Shown one piece after another: positions 37,174 to 47,881 of a stretch of 64,000 nt of DNA. This DNA is from an uncultured Gammaproteobacteria bacterium (GTDB lineage: Bacteria; Patescibacteriota; Microgenomatia; Daviesbacterales; UBA10151), in NCBI GenBank assembly GCA_964392925.1, contig CAYMRP010000007.1:2214-66213 (forward strand), given 5' to 3'. The position numbers and the translations under genes were made by a program. Position 1 is the stretch's first letter; the number at the start of each line of letters is the position of its first letter. The notes beneath the pieces are model-generated. The model had not been told where the DNA came from. It made no database searches and saw only the letters and a program-made list of their open reading frames with translations.

Positions 37174-38832
37174 ATGTATTTTGATCAGAGAGGAGCTGTG
37201 CCTTTGCTACTAGCTTTATGCGCAGCCGCACTTCTAGCCTTTTTGGTATTACTATCGATAGTTCCTTTAAAAGATGGTCTACTAAATTCACTTTTTCCTA
37301 AAACTAACTCATATGCAGCAACAAATTTTGTGTCAAATTTTGATGGATTACCGGCTGCTCCGCAACCTTTTTTAGACAGTCCTCAGTCTGCTGACTGGGA
37401 TGTGGCTGTTCATTCACGGGATATTAAAAACTGGCTGCAACTGACTCCTTTTGAAGCACAGCATGGACCGGACTGCGCGCCGCCGATTGATGCAATGGGT
37501 ATGCTGGTAACTCATCATAATGACGGAAGTCATCACAGCGCGGTTTTTAAATGTAAAGATCATTTGATGACAACGATCCGGGCTGGTCTTCATAATGCTC
37601 CGGATGAAGCGACCTCGCAGCCAGGAGAGAATGACGGATATGGGGTAATATATCTGACCCCAAATCAATTGGCAGATTTTAATACTGGTGAAGTAGTCAT
37701 TTCCTGGGAGATGGCAACGCTCCGGACTTCAACCAGAGATTGGGTCGATGTTTGGATTACTCCGTTTGAGGATAACCTGCAGCTGCCGCTCTATGACTGG
37801 CTGCCGGATTTAAATGGCGAACCAAAACGGGCTATTCATATTAATATGAATCAGTTTAATGGTCTGACGACATTTGGAGGAGAGCTGTTTAGTAATTATG
37901 AGCCAATTGGAGTTGAAGAATGCTGGTGGTGTACGCTGGAGGATAAAATGACAACCTCTCCTCAAAAAAGATCTAAGTTTGAACTGCGTCTGAGTAAAAC
38001 TCACCTCAAATTTAGTATGCCCGCGGGTCAGATAGATGTAACAGGTGCGCCAATTAACGGAGGTCAGGAATTGGTTTGGATTGATAGGACATTTGATGCA
38101 CCGCTTGATTGGGGCAGCGGAGTAGTCCAGTTTGGGCATCATTCATATAATCCGTCAAAAGACTGTACTTATAATCCGGCTACTCCGTATAAAACCTGTT
38201 ATGCCAATACCTGGCATTGGGATGCATTCTCGATCTCTAATGCTAAACCATTTACTTTAATTAAGGGCAATAGAAGGTTCGTAGCAAAAGGAATTGGGAC
38301 AGATACAACCGACGTAGTGAGTTTTCCTCAGCCTGCTCCAGCTAATTCATTTTTGCGTTTTAGTGCAATTGGTGTAGTTGAGTATAGTTTAAATAATGGA
38401 CAAACCTATGCAATTGCTCCTTTGCAGCGGGCATCACGGTCTATAGATGGGGTGAGAGGTTTAGGTACGGCTAATAATTATTTTGTTTCCATTCCGCAGG
38501 GAACACAGTCAGTTAAATTCAGACTGAGTGGTGAGGGGTGGTATACGGGGTTTCCTTTGATGGCTAAGGACTTTTCAATCTGGTCTTTATCTTCGCCGGT
38601 GACAGCATCAGTAAACCCAACTTCTTTACCAAGCCAGTTACCTTCGAGCAGTCCCATCCCTTCTGTTAAACCGGGGGATATTGATGGTAATGGCAAAGTT
38701 GACATATTTGACTACAACAGTTTGCTGTCAAACTTCGGAAAAACGGGAACGAATATTCCAGGAGATTATGATAAGAATGGTAAGGTTGATATATTCGATT
38801 TTAATTACTTACTCACAAACTTCGGAAAATAA
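37174..38832 (+). CDS. Surface protein with pilin-like leader and C-terminal dockerin-like repeats
   Basis: QRG/AVPL + hydrophobic helix; Ser/Pro linker; 2x GD.D.NGKVDIFD.N.LL.NFGK. Confidence 0.75.
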   Translation: MYFDQRGAVPLLLALCAAALLAFLVLLSIVPLKDGLLNSLFPKTNSYAATNFVSNFDGLPAAPQPFLDSPQSADWDVAVHSRDIKNWLQLTPFEAQHGPDCAPPIDAMGMLVTHHNDGSHHSAVFKCKDHLMTTIRAGLHNAPDEATSQPGENDGYGVIYLTPNQLADFNTGEVVISWEMATLRTSTRDWVDVWITPFEDNLQLPLYDWLPDLNGEPKRAIHINMNQFNGLTTFGGELFSNYEPIGVEECWWCTLEDKMTTSPQKRSKFELRLSKTHLKFSMPAGQIDVTGAPINGGQELVWIDRTFDAPLDWGSGVVQFGHHSYNPSKDCTYNPATPYKTCYANTWHWDAFSISNAKPFTLIKGNRRFVAKGIGTDTTDVVSFPQPAPANSFLRFSAIGVVEYSLNNGQTYAIAPLQRASRSIDGVRGLGTANNYFVSIPQGTQSVKFRLSGEGWYTGFPLMAKDFSIWSLSSPVTASVNPTSLPSQLPSSSPIPSVKPGDIDGNGKVDIFDYNSLLSNFGKTGTNIPGDYDKNGKVDIFDFNYLLTNFGK

Positions 38833-38844
38833 ATACGTTCTCTA

Positions 38845-39843
38845 TTAAAGGACAGGTTTTTCGATTGGTTCATAGAAAACGCCTTTGGTTGCGCCGCGTT
38901 TTCTAATTAGGCCAACCTCCTGGAGTTTCTTTAGGTCATATCTCAAAGTTCGTTCATTGATTGCTAAAAATCTCCGGCGGATTTGATCGAAACTAACCAG
39001 AAGTTGGTCTTTAACGATTCTAAAAATTTCGGCTCTTCTTGGAAGTAAATAGTCTTCAGCTTCTAAACTTTGCTTAGCTAGGATTTGAGTTTTTGCTTCC
39101 TCGGCTGATGAAGCTATACATTCCAGCATAAACTCTAGGTAATCTGTGACATCTCGCTCTGAATTTTCAAATCCTTTGTAATAAAGAGTTCTTTGTTTAT
39201 CAAGTTTCTCTTCAATGGAGGATAGTCCTTTCATTCCATAACCGCCTTTAGCTAGAACTGCCTGTAATAATAACCGTCCAACGCGGCCGTTGCCGTCCAG
39301 AAAAGGATGAATTTTTTCGAAAATGTAATGGGCTAGACAGGCTCTGATGGGAATAAAATTCTCTTTAGAGCTATTGGCATAAATCACAAGTTTATTCAGG
39401 AGCGAGCTAATTTGCCGGGGGGGAGGAGGTTGGTATATGGCGATACCGGCCGTATTAAAGATGGCGCTGTTGTCGGTTCTAAATCTTCCTAAATTTTGAG
39501 AGTCGATTAGGCCTTTCATGACTTGATTGTGATAAGACAATAAGTCTTTTTGGGTTAAGTCCTTGGCCGGACGTTCGAAAATTAAATTTATTACTTTTAA
39601 GATGTTGATAATTTCGACTTTTCTTTGATCTTTAGAGGGCAGTCTAACGATATCGTCGGGTCTTAAAGTATTGCCTTCTATGCGGGCTGAAAAAAGAGAA
39701 CTTCTGAGAGTTGATTGTCTTCTAATATTAAGTTCAACTTCAGGCGGGATAGGGAAAGCATCAATGACAGCTTTGGCTGATTCAATTTGGCTTAAAAGCC
39801 CGGATATTTTTGGAGTTAGAACATATTGAGGAGGAATTATCAT
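38845..39843 (-). CDS. Fic family protein with C-terminal HTH
   Basis: HPFLDGNGRVGR; SARIEGN; ERTLRYDLKKL. Confidence 0.92.
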   Translation of the reverse strand: MIIPPQYVLTPKISGLLSQIESAKAVIDAFPIPPEVELNIRRQSTLRSSLFSARIEGNTLRPDDIVRLPSKDQRKVEIINILKVINLIFERPAKDLTQKDLLSYHNQVMKGLIDSQNLGRFRTDNSAIFNTAGIAIYQPPPPRQISSLLNKLVIYANSSKENFIPIRACLAHYIFEKIHPFLDGNGRVGRLLLQAVLAKGGYGMKGLSSIEEKLDKQRTLYYKGFENSERDVTDYLEFMLECIASSAEEAKTQILAKQSLEAEDYLLPRRAEIFRIVKDQLLVSFDQIRRRFLAINERTLRYDLKKLQEVGLIRKRGATKGVFYEPIEKPVL

Positions 39844-39852
39844 TGATTGCCC

Positions 39853-39892
39853 AATGTTACCAGATAATTCCTAATGTTGCCAAATAATTCCT
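39853..39892. repeat. 20-bp tandem direct repeat upstream of fic
   Basis: AATGTTACCAGATAATTCCT / AATGTTGCCAAATAATTCCT. Confidence 0.75.
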
Positions 39893-39908
39893 AATACTAT
39901 TAATGTAG

Positions 39909-40013
39909 GGACACCACAAATTTGTGGTGTCCACAAATTGTGGTGTTTTGTGCGTAAGTTGTGGTGTTTGTGGAGAAAGAAGATGGGTCCACAAATGGTT
40001 TGTGGTGACCACA
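39909..40013. repeat. Cluster of CCACA/TGTGG motifs with 24-bp perfect palindrome
   Basis: GGACACCACAAATTTGTGGTGTCC plus several further TTGTGG/CCACA copies. Confidence 0.8.
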
Positions 40014-40018
40014 TTAGT

Positions 40019-40330
40019 TTAGGTTGAATCTTTTTTTGGTTTACTTATACCCATAAGTTGATTTGCTCTTTTTCTGGCATTTTCTCCTGCGACAATAAAT
40101 GCTCCACCGCACGCAATATTAAATGTAAATAGAGCTAGATATGGGATGCTGCGTTCAGGATCTTGAGGGAAATTAGCGACCAACTCCCTATAAGGTCTAA
40201 TAGAGCTTATTACTGCAGCTATCGGTCCTAAAACGCCTACGACGTTTGCGGTTGTCTCAAGATAGAGAAATGTAAGTTTGCCTGTTCTTTTTCTTAGTGG
40301 ATGAGGAGTTTCAGACTGCTTTTCAGGCAT
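40019..40330 (-). CDS. Small two-TM hypothetical protein
   Basis: Overlaps otsAB stop; two hydrophobic segments. Confidence 0.55.
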   Translation of the reverse strand: MPEKQSETPHPLRKRTGKLTFLYLETTANVVGVLGPIAAVISSIRPYRELVANFPQDPERSIPYLALFTFNIACGGAFIVAGENARKRANQLMGISKPKKDST

Positions 40331-42512
40331 TGGTTAAATCTCCCAGGAGCGCCAGAGTGTCTTTAACGCTTTTTATCCGGTATTTGGCATTGCTTTCGTC
40401 TGGGCCTAGTTTGATAGTAAAGGCTTTTTCAGGTAAGGCTTGGAAGAGATGTTCATCTGTAACGTCATCTCCCATCGCCAGATAGAAATCATATTTTTTC
40501 TTTGAGACCCAAGATCTGGCAGAAGAACCTTTATTAATTGATTTACTTTTAATCTCAATAATTTTTGAGCCTTTCATAATTTCTAAATCGGTATTTTGAA
40601 TAGCGAGTTCCAACTCATCCATCAAATCGGGCAGCTGTTGGTCGACGAGTTCCATAGATGATTGGCGGTAATGAAAAGCGAGTGAATAATTTTTTCTTTC
40701 AATTAATGATTTAGGAATCCTTTCGGTGAATTTTGTTAGAATTTCATCGACGTTTTGCATCCAATCAGTTTGGAGGCCCTTGGCTGGTTGGAAATAATAT
40801 TCGTTTCGGGGTTTGACCCAAATGCCGTGCTCGGCAACGAGAGCGATTTTAGGGATTTTGATCCACTTGTTCAAAGAATCTTTGTCACGGCCAGAGAGAA
40901 TGACTATCTCGTTTTTAAAATCATCAGCAAGTTTCTTTAAAAGAGTTATTAATTCCTTTGGCGGTTTAGCGTCTGAGTAAACTGGAGCATAAGGAACGAG
41001 TGTGCCGTCATAATCTAAAATTATCAGACGGCGTTCAGCTTTTCTGTAATCTGTTTGGAGTTTTTTGAGATTATCTTTCTCCATTATATCGACCAGGGGT
41101 TTTTTAAATGAGGAATTAGAAATATCAATCAACTTTTCGATCCAGGAATCAGTCCATTTTCTAGCAGTGAAATGAGAAACTATAGAATGCATCTGTTTGA
41201 TTCTTTTGGCTTGCTCAGGAGCTTTCATTTGAATGGCTTGAGAAATGGCTGAGGCAATTTCGTTAGGATCGTTAGGATTAATCATTAATGCTTGAGTTAA
41301 TTCGCGGGCAGAACCGGCTGTTTCGGAAAGAATTAAAACCCCATCCTGACTTATGCCTTTGGCGGCAATAAATTCTTTGGAGACTAAATTCATGCCATCT
41401 CTTAAAGGAGTAATAAGAGCGATGTCAGTTGCTAAATAACGGACAACCATTTCGTCAAAAGATAAGGAGTTAAACTGGTAGATTATGGGAGTCCAATCAA
41501 CTGTGGCGAAGCGACTGTTTGTTCGTCCAACAATTTTGTCTACTTCATTTTTTAGGTCTTGATAATCATCGATTTCAATTCTGGATGGCTGAGTATTTAG
41601 AATTAATGTAACTTTCTTATGGGATTTTGGATTAAGTTCTAAGAATTTTTCATAGCCTAATAAGCGATTTGCAATGCCTTTAGTGTAATCAAGACGGTCG
41701 ACTGAAAAAAGAATTTTTTGGCCTTTGAATAAATTTTTCAGTTCAAGAGCCTTCTTTTGAACTATTTTACTATCGATGGCTTTTTGATATTTATCAAAAT
41801 TAATACCTAATGGCATGTTTTCTATGACGACGGGTCTTGAATCAAGATAAAGGGTTTTAGAGACTGGTTTAATGCCTGTTGTTTTAGTGGCACTTTCTAA
41901 GAAGTGCTGCATGTAGTCATTGGTATGAAAGCCGACTAAATCGGATCCAAGAATACCCTCGATGAGGCTGGTTCTAACATCTTCCGGCAGAACCCGCAAA
42001 AGTTCAAAAGATGGAAATGGGATATGAAGGAAAAAGCCGATTGTTGATGTAGGTTGAGCCTCTCTTAACATTTGAGGCAGAAGCATAAGTTGATAATCCT
42101 GAATAAATATTAAGTCACCAGGTTTATATATCTTAAGAATCTCCTGGGCAAAGAGCTTGTTAACGGATTTATAATCGTCCCAAAATTCTTTGTTATAAGA
42201 GGATTTATCAGAAAAATAATGAAAAAGAGGCCAGATAGTTTTATTTGAGAATCCTAAGTAATGATTATCGATTTGCTTCTGAGATAAGAAAACAGGCAAA
42301 CTTTCGTATTTAGAGTAGAGTTCTTTTGAGAGTTTAGGCTGCAGTTTCTTAGAGATTTGTTTGCCTGGCCAACCGATCCAGACAGAGCCCATTTTGGATG
42401 AGGAATCTTTTAGTCCAGAAACAAGACCGCCCGGACTGGCTTTATATTCAAATTTGCCTTTAGCTTCAGATATTTCAACAGGCAGTCTATTAGCAACTAT
42501 GAGTAAACGCAT
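40323..42512 (-). CDS. otsAB: Bifunctional trehalose-6-phosphate synthase/phosphatase
   Basis: LLIVANRLP, SPGGLV, FFLHIPFP, DRLDYTKGI, DGMNLVSKE; HAD domain LDYDGTL, GDDVTDE. Confidence 0.95.
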   Translation of the reverse strand: MRLLIVANRLPVEISEAKGKFEYKASPGGLVSGLKDSSSKMGSVWIGWPGKQISKKLQPKLSKELYSKYESLPVFLSQKQIDNHYLGFSNKTIWPLFHYFSDKSSYNKEFWDDYKSVNKLFAQEILKIYKPGDLIFIQDYQLMLLPQMLREAQPTSTIGFFLHIPFPSFELLRVLPEDVRTSLIEGILGSDLVGFHTNDYMQHFLESATKTTGIKPVSKTLYLDSRPVVIENMPLGINFDKYQKAIDSKIVQKKALELKNLFKGQKILFSVDRLDYTKGIANRLLGYEKFLELNPKSHKKVTLILNTQPSRIEIDDYQDLKNEVDKIVGRTNSRFATVDWTPIIYQFNSLSFDEMVVRYLATDIALITPLRDGMNLVSKEFIAAKGISQDGVLILSETAGSARELTQALMINPNDPNEIASAISQAIQMKAPEQAKRIKQMHSIVSHFTARKWTDSWIEKLIDISNSSFKKPLVDIMEKDNLKKLQTDYRKAERRLIILDYDGTLVPYAPVYSDAKPPKELITLLKKLADDFKNEIVILSGRDKDSLNKWIKIPKIALVAEHGIWVKPRNEYYFQPAKGLQTDWMQNVDEILTKFTERIPKSLIERKNYSLAFHYRQSSMELVDQQLPDLMDELELAIQNTDLEIMKGSKIIEIKSKSINKGSSARSWVSKKKYDFYLAMGDDVTDEHLFQALPEKAFTIKLGPDESNAKYRIKSVKDTLALLGDLTNA

Positions 42513-42620
42513 AGTGCGCATTATACATGAGAAGTGGGAATTGAAACACTATCGGATAGTTTGTAAGATTAATGTAAGAAGGTAATTGACAGCAGATTGT
42601 GGAAATGAATTAATAATATA

Positions 42621-45371
42621 ATGTTGAAAATTTTCCAGCATAATCAAAAAGGAGCTGTTCCTTTGCTGATGCTTGTTGCTTCAATTGGGATTGTGGCAGT
42701 ATTAATTATTTATAATATTGCTCCTTTTAAAGATAAGATTTTAGCTTCTATATTTCCTAAAGATTTTACTTTTGCGGCAGGGGGGCCAGATGTTTTAAAT
42801 TTTTCACAAATAACCCAGACCCCTCAGAAAAATAAAAAGGTTGAATTTACTTTTGATCTCTCAACAACTTATCAAAATCCATATTACTATTATGATGATT
42901 CTGATACTCCAGCAGCTAATCCGAGTAATACTTCCTTCTTCGGCCGAGACGGTGTGACCGTAGATATAAATTTAACCTCTCCTTCTGGTAAGGCTATTAA
43001 AGTCCCAGCATTTTGGATGGAGGACTATACAAGAGTACAAAACAGTGGTTTTGAAGTTTTAGGAAAGAAGGATAATGGGAAATGGTTAGTTCGTTTTACC
43101 CCAACTGAGGTTGGAAGTTATAACTATTACGTATCTACTGAAGATAAAAATGGTACAGCCAGGTACCCTATTAGTGGGGCACAATCATTTAGTGTGAGTG
43201 ATTCTCAGAATAAAGGATTTATTCGAACAAGCGCAGCTGATCCAAGATTTCTCGAGTACGATAATGGGGAATCTTTTATTCCTATTCCTTCTGGTCATCA
43301 ATGGTGGAAAAACAGTGGTTTAAGAAGTTATGAGTATGAAAATCTGTTCACTAGTTTTAGTCAGAATGGAATAAATTTGACCAGAATTTGGTCAATTGCT
43401 GATTTTGCTTTAGCAATTGAAGATGCAAGTCCAGTATGGATTAGGCAAGGTTTTTCAAATCCTGGTGGGGCGTTAGGGGTTGAGATCAATAGTGCAAATG
43501 TACATTCTGGAATTCGATCGGCGCGTCCGGGAGTTGGACAGGGATGGTATCAAAGGATCGCTTTTACCACACTAAATCAGCCTCACAAATTAACAGCCTG
43601 GATAAAAACAGATTCGGTATCAGGTGGAAATGCTCAGATCAACATAAAAACAGGGACTACTTTTAACACTGGAACTACAGTTGCGCAATTACCAAATGTA
43701 ACTGGAACGACAGGATGGTCCCAGTATTCAGTAACGTTCACTCCCACCTCTAGTGTTGCAAGTATTAATTTATTCTTAAGCGGAGGGACAGGGACTGCTT
43801 ATATCGACGATATTGTTGTAGGGCCGACTGATCAGAACGGAGTTATTACATATAATATTATATCGGACCCTGGCATGGAGAGGCATTTTGCTAAAGATCT
43901 GGCCGGTAATGATCCGAATGCCGATCCAAATTTGGCACGTCCGATTGGTAACTTTCTCAATCAGTGGATGGCATACGATCTGGATAAGATTGTTGAATCT
44001 GCTGAGATAAACGGAGTAGCAATTCAGCTATGTGCTTGTTCAGGTCCATGGTTTACCTGGCAGCAGAATCCTGATAATACCAACTATGCAGACTCTTGGG
44101 CTTTAAAAAATTGGCAGCGTAATTATCGATACCAGATAGCTAGATGGGGATATTCACCAGCTATTTTGGCTTGGGAGAAGCATAATGAGCACGGCCATAT
44201 ACCAGTCGGATCAGCCTTATATTCTTTCTATCAAAATCTTGGGGCTTATCAGAAAGCGAATGATCCATATCAGCACCTTAGAACAACCTCTCAAGGCTCT
44301 CAGACTTTTTCGCCAGGTCTTTGGTCTTCAAATGGGTTTGATTTAGCGAATTATCATGACTATATGATGAGTTTCCGTCCAGCTGCTTTATATAATGATG
44401 AGGTAAATTTCATTTCTAAATACTCATGGTGTTTGTCAGACAGCATGAAACGTTCTAACTCCCCCTATTGCTCAGGTTTAGGATTAGGTGATGGATCAGT
44501 ATGGCAAGGAGCTTTAAAACCTTGGGTTTGGGGAGAACTTGATGTTGGTACGGATATTTGGAATGTAGCAAATCCTGCGACGTTGAATGGTTCGAATAGA
44601 GTTAACCTTTTGCACAACTTTATTTGGGCAGGATTGTTTAATCCACTGGGCACTGTAGGTATTGATTGGTATTGGGATAATGAAGATGCTTCAACGATCG
44701 CAGCTAAATATGCAGCGAAAAAAGCTGCTTCGAATTTTTTCAACGGTGTTAATTATGCAGGAGCTAATTTTACTTTCTTGACGAGTTCTTCTGATGCAGC
44801 ACCTGGTTATACGGGTGAAACTATTAGTGTATCTGATCCTAAAGCAAGGACTTATGCAATGAGGAGTTCTAATAAAAAAAGCGCATATGTTTGGGTACAG
44901 AATAGAGATAATGTATGGTCTAAGTACCCAGCTCTTCCAGCAGCTATAAGTCCGACTGTATCTTTGAGTAATCTACTAAATGAAGCTTATACTGTTGAGA
45001 TTTGGAATACATTTAGCGGGACTGTGATTTCCAGCAGCCAGCAGGTGCCCAGCGCTGGAACCATATCAATAAGCCTTCCGAGCATGACTCAAGACTATGC
45101 GATAAAAATAATTTCGAATTCTTCAGTAGCTCCAAGCCCAAGTCCTAGCATTTCGGCATCAGTAGCTCCCAGCCCATCAGCATCTATTTTTCCAAGTCCT
45201 TCTATGAAGCCCGGAGATATAGATGGTAATGGTGCAGTTGATATATTTGATTACAACACGTTGCTAACTAATTTTGGTAAAACTGGATCCGGTATTTTGG
45301 GAGACATTGATAGTAATGGTGTTGTTGATATATTTGACTATAACCTGATTTTGACTAACTATGGAAAATAA
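42621..45371 (+). CDS. Secreted clan GH-A-like glycoside hydrolase (DUF5060-like N-domain, inserted CBM-like module) with pilin-like leader and dockerin-like repeats
   Basis: WLVRFTPTEVG, IARWGYSPAILAWEKHNE acid/base, KPWVWGE nucleophile; C-terminal 2x GDID.NG.VDIFDYN. Confidence 0.75.
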   Translation: MLKIFQHNQKGAVPLLMLVASIGIVAVLIIYNIAPFKDKILASIFPKDFTFAAGGPDVLNFSQITQTPQKNKKVEFTFDLSTTYQNPYYYYDDSDTPAANPSNTSFFGRDGVTVDINLTSPSGKAIKVPAFWMEDYTRVQNSGFEVLGKKDNGKWLVRFTPTEVGSYNYYVSTEDKNGTARYPISGAQSFSVSDSQNKGFIRTSAADPRFLEYDNGESFIPIPSGHQWWKNSGLRSYEYENLFTSFSQNGINLTRIWSIADFALAIEDASPVWIRQGFSNPGGALGVEINSANVHSGIRSARPGVGQGWYQRIAFTTLNQPHKLTAWIKTDSVSGGNAQINIKTGTTFNTGTTVAQLPNVTGTTGWSQYSVTFTPTSSVASINLFLSGGTGTAYIDDIVVGPTDQNGVITYNIISDPGMERHFAKDLAGNDPNADPNLARPIGNFLNQWMAYDLDKIVESAEINGVAIQLCACSGPWFTWQQNPDNTNYADSWALKNWQRNYRYQIARWGYSPAILAWEKHNEHGHIPVGSALYSFYQNLGAYQKANDPYQHLRTTSQGSQTFSPGLWSSNGFDLANYHDYMMSFRPAALYNDEVNFISKYSWCLSDSMKRSNSPYCSGLGLGDGSVWQGALKPWVWGELDVGTDIWNVANPATLNGSNRVNLLHNFIWAGLFNPLGTVGIDWYWDNEDASTIAAKYAAKKAASNFFNGVNYAGANFTFLTSSSDAAPGYTGETISVSDPKARTYAMRSSNKKSAYVWVQNRDNVWSKYPALPAAISPTVSLSNLLNEAYTVEIWNTFSGTVISSSQQVPSAGTISISLPSMTQDYAIKIISNSSVAPSPSPSISASVAPSPSASIFPSPSMKPGDIDGNGAVDIFDYNTLLTNFGKTGSGILGDIDSNGVVDIFDYNLILTNYGK

Positions 45372-47835
45372 AGAATTTAACCAAAAAGGTGCTGTGCCGT
45401 TGATGATTTTGGCAGCAATAGCAGGAATTATTGTTGTTATGGGTATAAGTGTTATAGCGCCTTTTAGGGATGATCTCTTTTATAGTTTATTTCCTAAATC
45501 AGCATCAAATGCAGCCATCGAAGAGTGGGTGCAGGACGGACATGACTCTCAGCGAACAGGGTCTACTACGGAAGAAGCAGTGTTGCCCTGGACTTTTTTA
45601 TGGTCATTCAACGGACCTGACGCAAGCGGATCTGCCTCCGGTCATTTTTATGATGCACCAAAAGAAGCGCGGACTGTAACAGGTAATTCTCAGATTTATG
45701 TGCCTGCAGGTGCCAGAGGATTGTACGCACTACGAAGAAGTGATGGTACTCAAGCGTGGAATATAACAAATACTGCTTTTAACGCTGCACCAGCTTATGA
45801 TTCTGCAAATCAGTTGTTATTAGCGGGTGGGGCTGATGGTCAGATATATAAGATCAATTCGAATACGGGTAGTATTCTGGCAACTTACAATACAGGAAAC
45901 CCGATTAATAAAGCTTTGCTGCTTGATGGTGGATTTGTTTATGCGGTTTCTGATAATGGGACACTAAATAAAGTCAGTATATCTAACTTTTCTTCAGTTT
46001 GGAGTTACTCAGCCGGGTCGAGTGCTGCGACACTAGTGTCTTATTCGCCAAGCAGAGACATCTTAATTTATGCAACAGCAGATCTAAATGTGCATGCAGT
46101 GAATAACAGTAATGGAGTATTGAAATGGAAGGTTAAGCCAACCCCAAATAACCCAGGTGATACTTCAGTTGCAGCTACTCAAACTGCAAGTGGGGCGAAG
46201 GTTGGTACCCAGTTTGATTTTGGCTGGCCTGTTATTGCAGAGAATAATGGTGTGGTTTTTGTACGACTGCAGCTACCTCATCAGGGTTTATATGAAGGTC
46301 CTAATAGTGGTAGGTGGGGAAATACAAATGCCGAAAACAGAACATGGCTGGCTCAAAATCCGCAATGGAAAAACTTGTTTGCCTTGAATTTGGATAGTGG
46401 TGCCGAGAAATTTATACCGGCAGTTGGATACGGTAGTACAGAGGATTTTGTCCCTTCATTGAATTCAGTTTATGGTGTTATGGGGTCTCAGCCCGTTGTT
46501 AAAGTTTATCCAGACGGGACAGAAGTTGTCTATATTCATTTTAGAAACGGTCAAACAACTCCGGCTTCAGATTATCGCTGGTCCGGTCATATGGGGGAGA
46601 TGGTTCTAAATGATTCAACCATACCAGGGATGGCCGCAGGCGATTTGAGGTTTGTTAGGATGGGTAATTATGCAGGATATGGGGGGACAGCTCCTGTTCA
46701 TATTATAGATGAACAAACTCCGCTAAGTATGGCGGGAAATATGCTGATTAATGCTCATTGGGCGGGAAGTATGGGGGTAAAAATTACTGATAGAGGTGTT
46801 ACTAAAGGTTTAACTTATTCAAACCCGATAGAGACTTCTAAATTGCCAACCGTTGTTAGGGCGCAAAAATCATGTGCAAATTTTAACCCGGTAACTCATT
46901 ACACTACATGTTCTTTAAACTATGTTACAGATGGAGGCAGGTATATGGATGGACCTGGTTTTTGGGGGTATTGGAATGTAGCTGATCCACCAGGATGGAG
47001 GATAGGAGTGCCGACAGCTGTGGGGGGAGCTTATTCTGCAGGGTTTTTGCCAAGATACACTTATGTGTCGGGAGGTCAGGTCGTAGTTGAAGGTAATGGG
47101 GGAGAATTGCTGGTATTCCAGCACAGTGGGAGCGCTGCCATCGCAAGTCCGAGCCCCTCTGCATCTGTAGCGGTACAGCCCTCTATATCTCCTTCCCCTT
47201 CAGTTCAGCCAGCTCCCTCAGCATCGGCTCAATCCTCTGCGAGTCCCTCATCTATTGAGACTATTGACAGTACTGATTCAAGGATTGTTTTTGACGGATG
47301 GTTTCCAACAGTAACAGGCTCAAGCATGATAGGAGGAAGTGAAAGAGTTGGGGAATTTGGGGGCACAAGTATAACAATTCCTTTTACAGGTAATTCTATA
47401 ACGTGGATCTATACACAGGATTTGAATAGGGGACAGGCTCAGGTTTTTATGGATGGGGTGTTGGTTAGAACTGTAGATCAGTATGGCGGTCTGCAATATG
47501 GAACGGAAGAGGTATTTAATGTAACTCAGGGAAGTCATACGCTCAGAATAGTTGTTACCAGAGTAAAACAAACAGCTTCAACAGGATTTTTAGCAGGAGT
47601 TGATGCTTTTAGGGTGACTCAAAATCTACCTTCGCCCACACCTACACTAGCTGCTTCTCCGAGCCCTGCAAAGTCCGGAGATCTTGATGGTAATAACACT
47701 GTCGATATATTTGATTACAATTTATTACTAACTAATTTTGGCAGAACTGGAGCTAATATTCCGGGAGATGCAGATAGTAACGGGAAAGTTGATATTTTTG
47801 ATTATAATATTGTGTTAACTAACTTTGGGAAGTAA
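45361..47835 (+). CDS. Secreted PQQ-like beta-propeller protein with CBM-like domain, pilin-like leader and dockerin-like repeats
   Basis: WVQDGHDSQRTG, LYALRRSDGTQAW repeats; FTGNSITW..GQAQVFMDG..VDAF; 2x dockerin-like. Confidence 0.75.
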   Translation: MENKEFNQKGAVPLMILAAIAGIIVVMGISVIAPFRDDLFYSLFPKSASNAAIEEWVQDGHDSQRTGSTTEEAVLPWTFLWSFNGPDASGSASGHFYDAPKEARTVTGNSQIYVPAGARGLYALRRSDGTQAWNITNTAFNAAPAYDSANQLLLAGGADGQIYKINSNTGSILATYNTGNPINKALLLDGGFVYAVSDNGTLNKVSISNFSSVWSYSAGSSAATLVSYSPSRDILIYATADLNVHAVNNSNGVLKWKVKPTPNNPGDTSVAATQTASGAKVGTQFDFGWPVIAENNGVVFVRLQLPHQGLYEGPNSGRWGNTNAENRTWLAQNPQWKNLFALNLDSGAEKFIPAVGYGSTEDFVPSLNSVYGVMGSQPVVKVYPDGTEVVYIHFRNGQTTPASDYRWSGHMGEMVLNDSTIPGMAAGDLRFVRMGNYAGYGGTAPVHIIDEQTPLSMAGNMLINAHWAGSMGVKITDRGVTKGLTYSNPIETSKLPTVVRAQKSCANFNPVTHYTTCSLNYVTDGGRYMDGPGFWGYWNVADPPGWRIGVPTAVGGAYSAGFLPRYTYVSGGQVVVEGNGGELLVFQHSGSAAIASPSPSASVAVQPSISPSPSVQPAPSASAQSSASPSSIETIDSTDSRIVFDGWFPTVTGSSMIGGSERVGEFGGTSITIPFTGNSITWIYTQDLNRGQAQVFMDGVLVRTVDQYGGLQYGTEEVFNVTQGSHTLRIVVTRVKQTASTGFLAGVDAFRVTQNLPSPTPTLAASPSPAKSGDLDGNNTVDIFDYNLLLTNFGRTGANIPGDADSNGKVDIFDYNIVLTNFGK

Positions 47836-47881
47836 ATCTTCTTATTGACGAGTTTTACCCCTCGGCGTTAATGTAAATATA

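Noticed and set aside
39853-40013. CRISPR array or oriC
   Set aside because: No regular repeat-spacer period and no cas genes; motifs deviate from TTATCCACA and no dnaA/dnaN is nearby.
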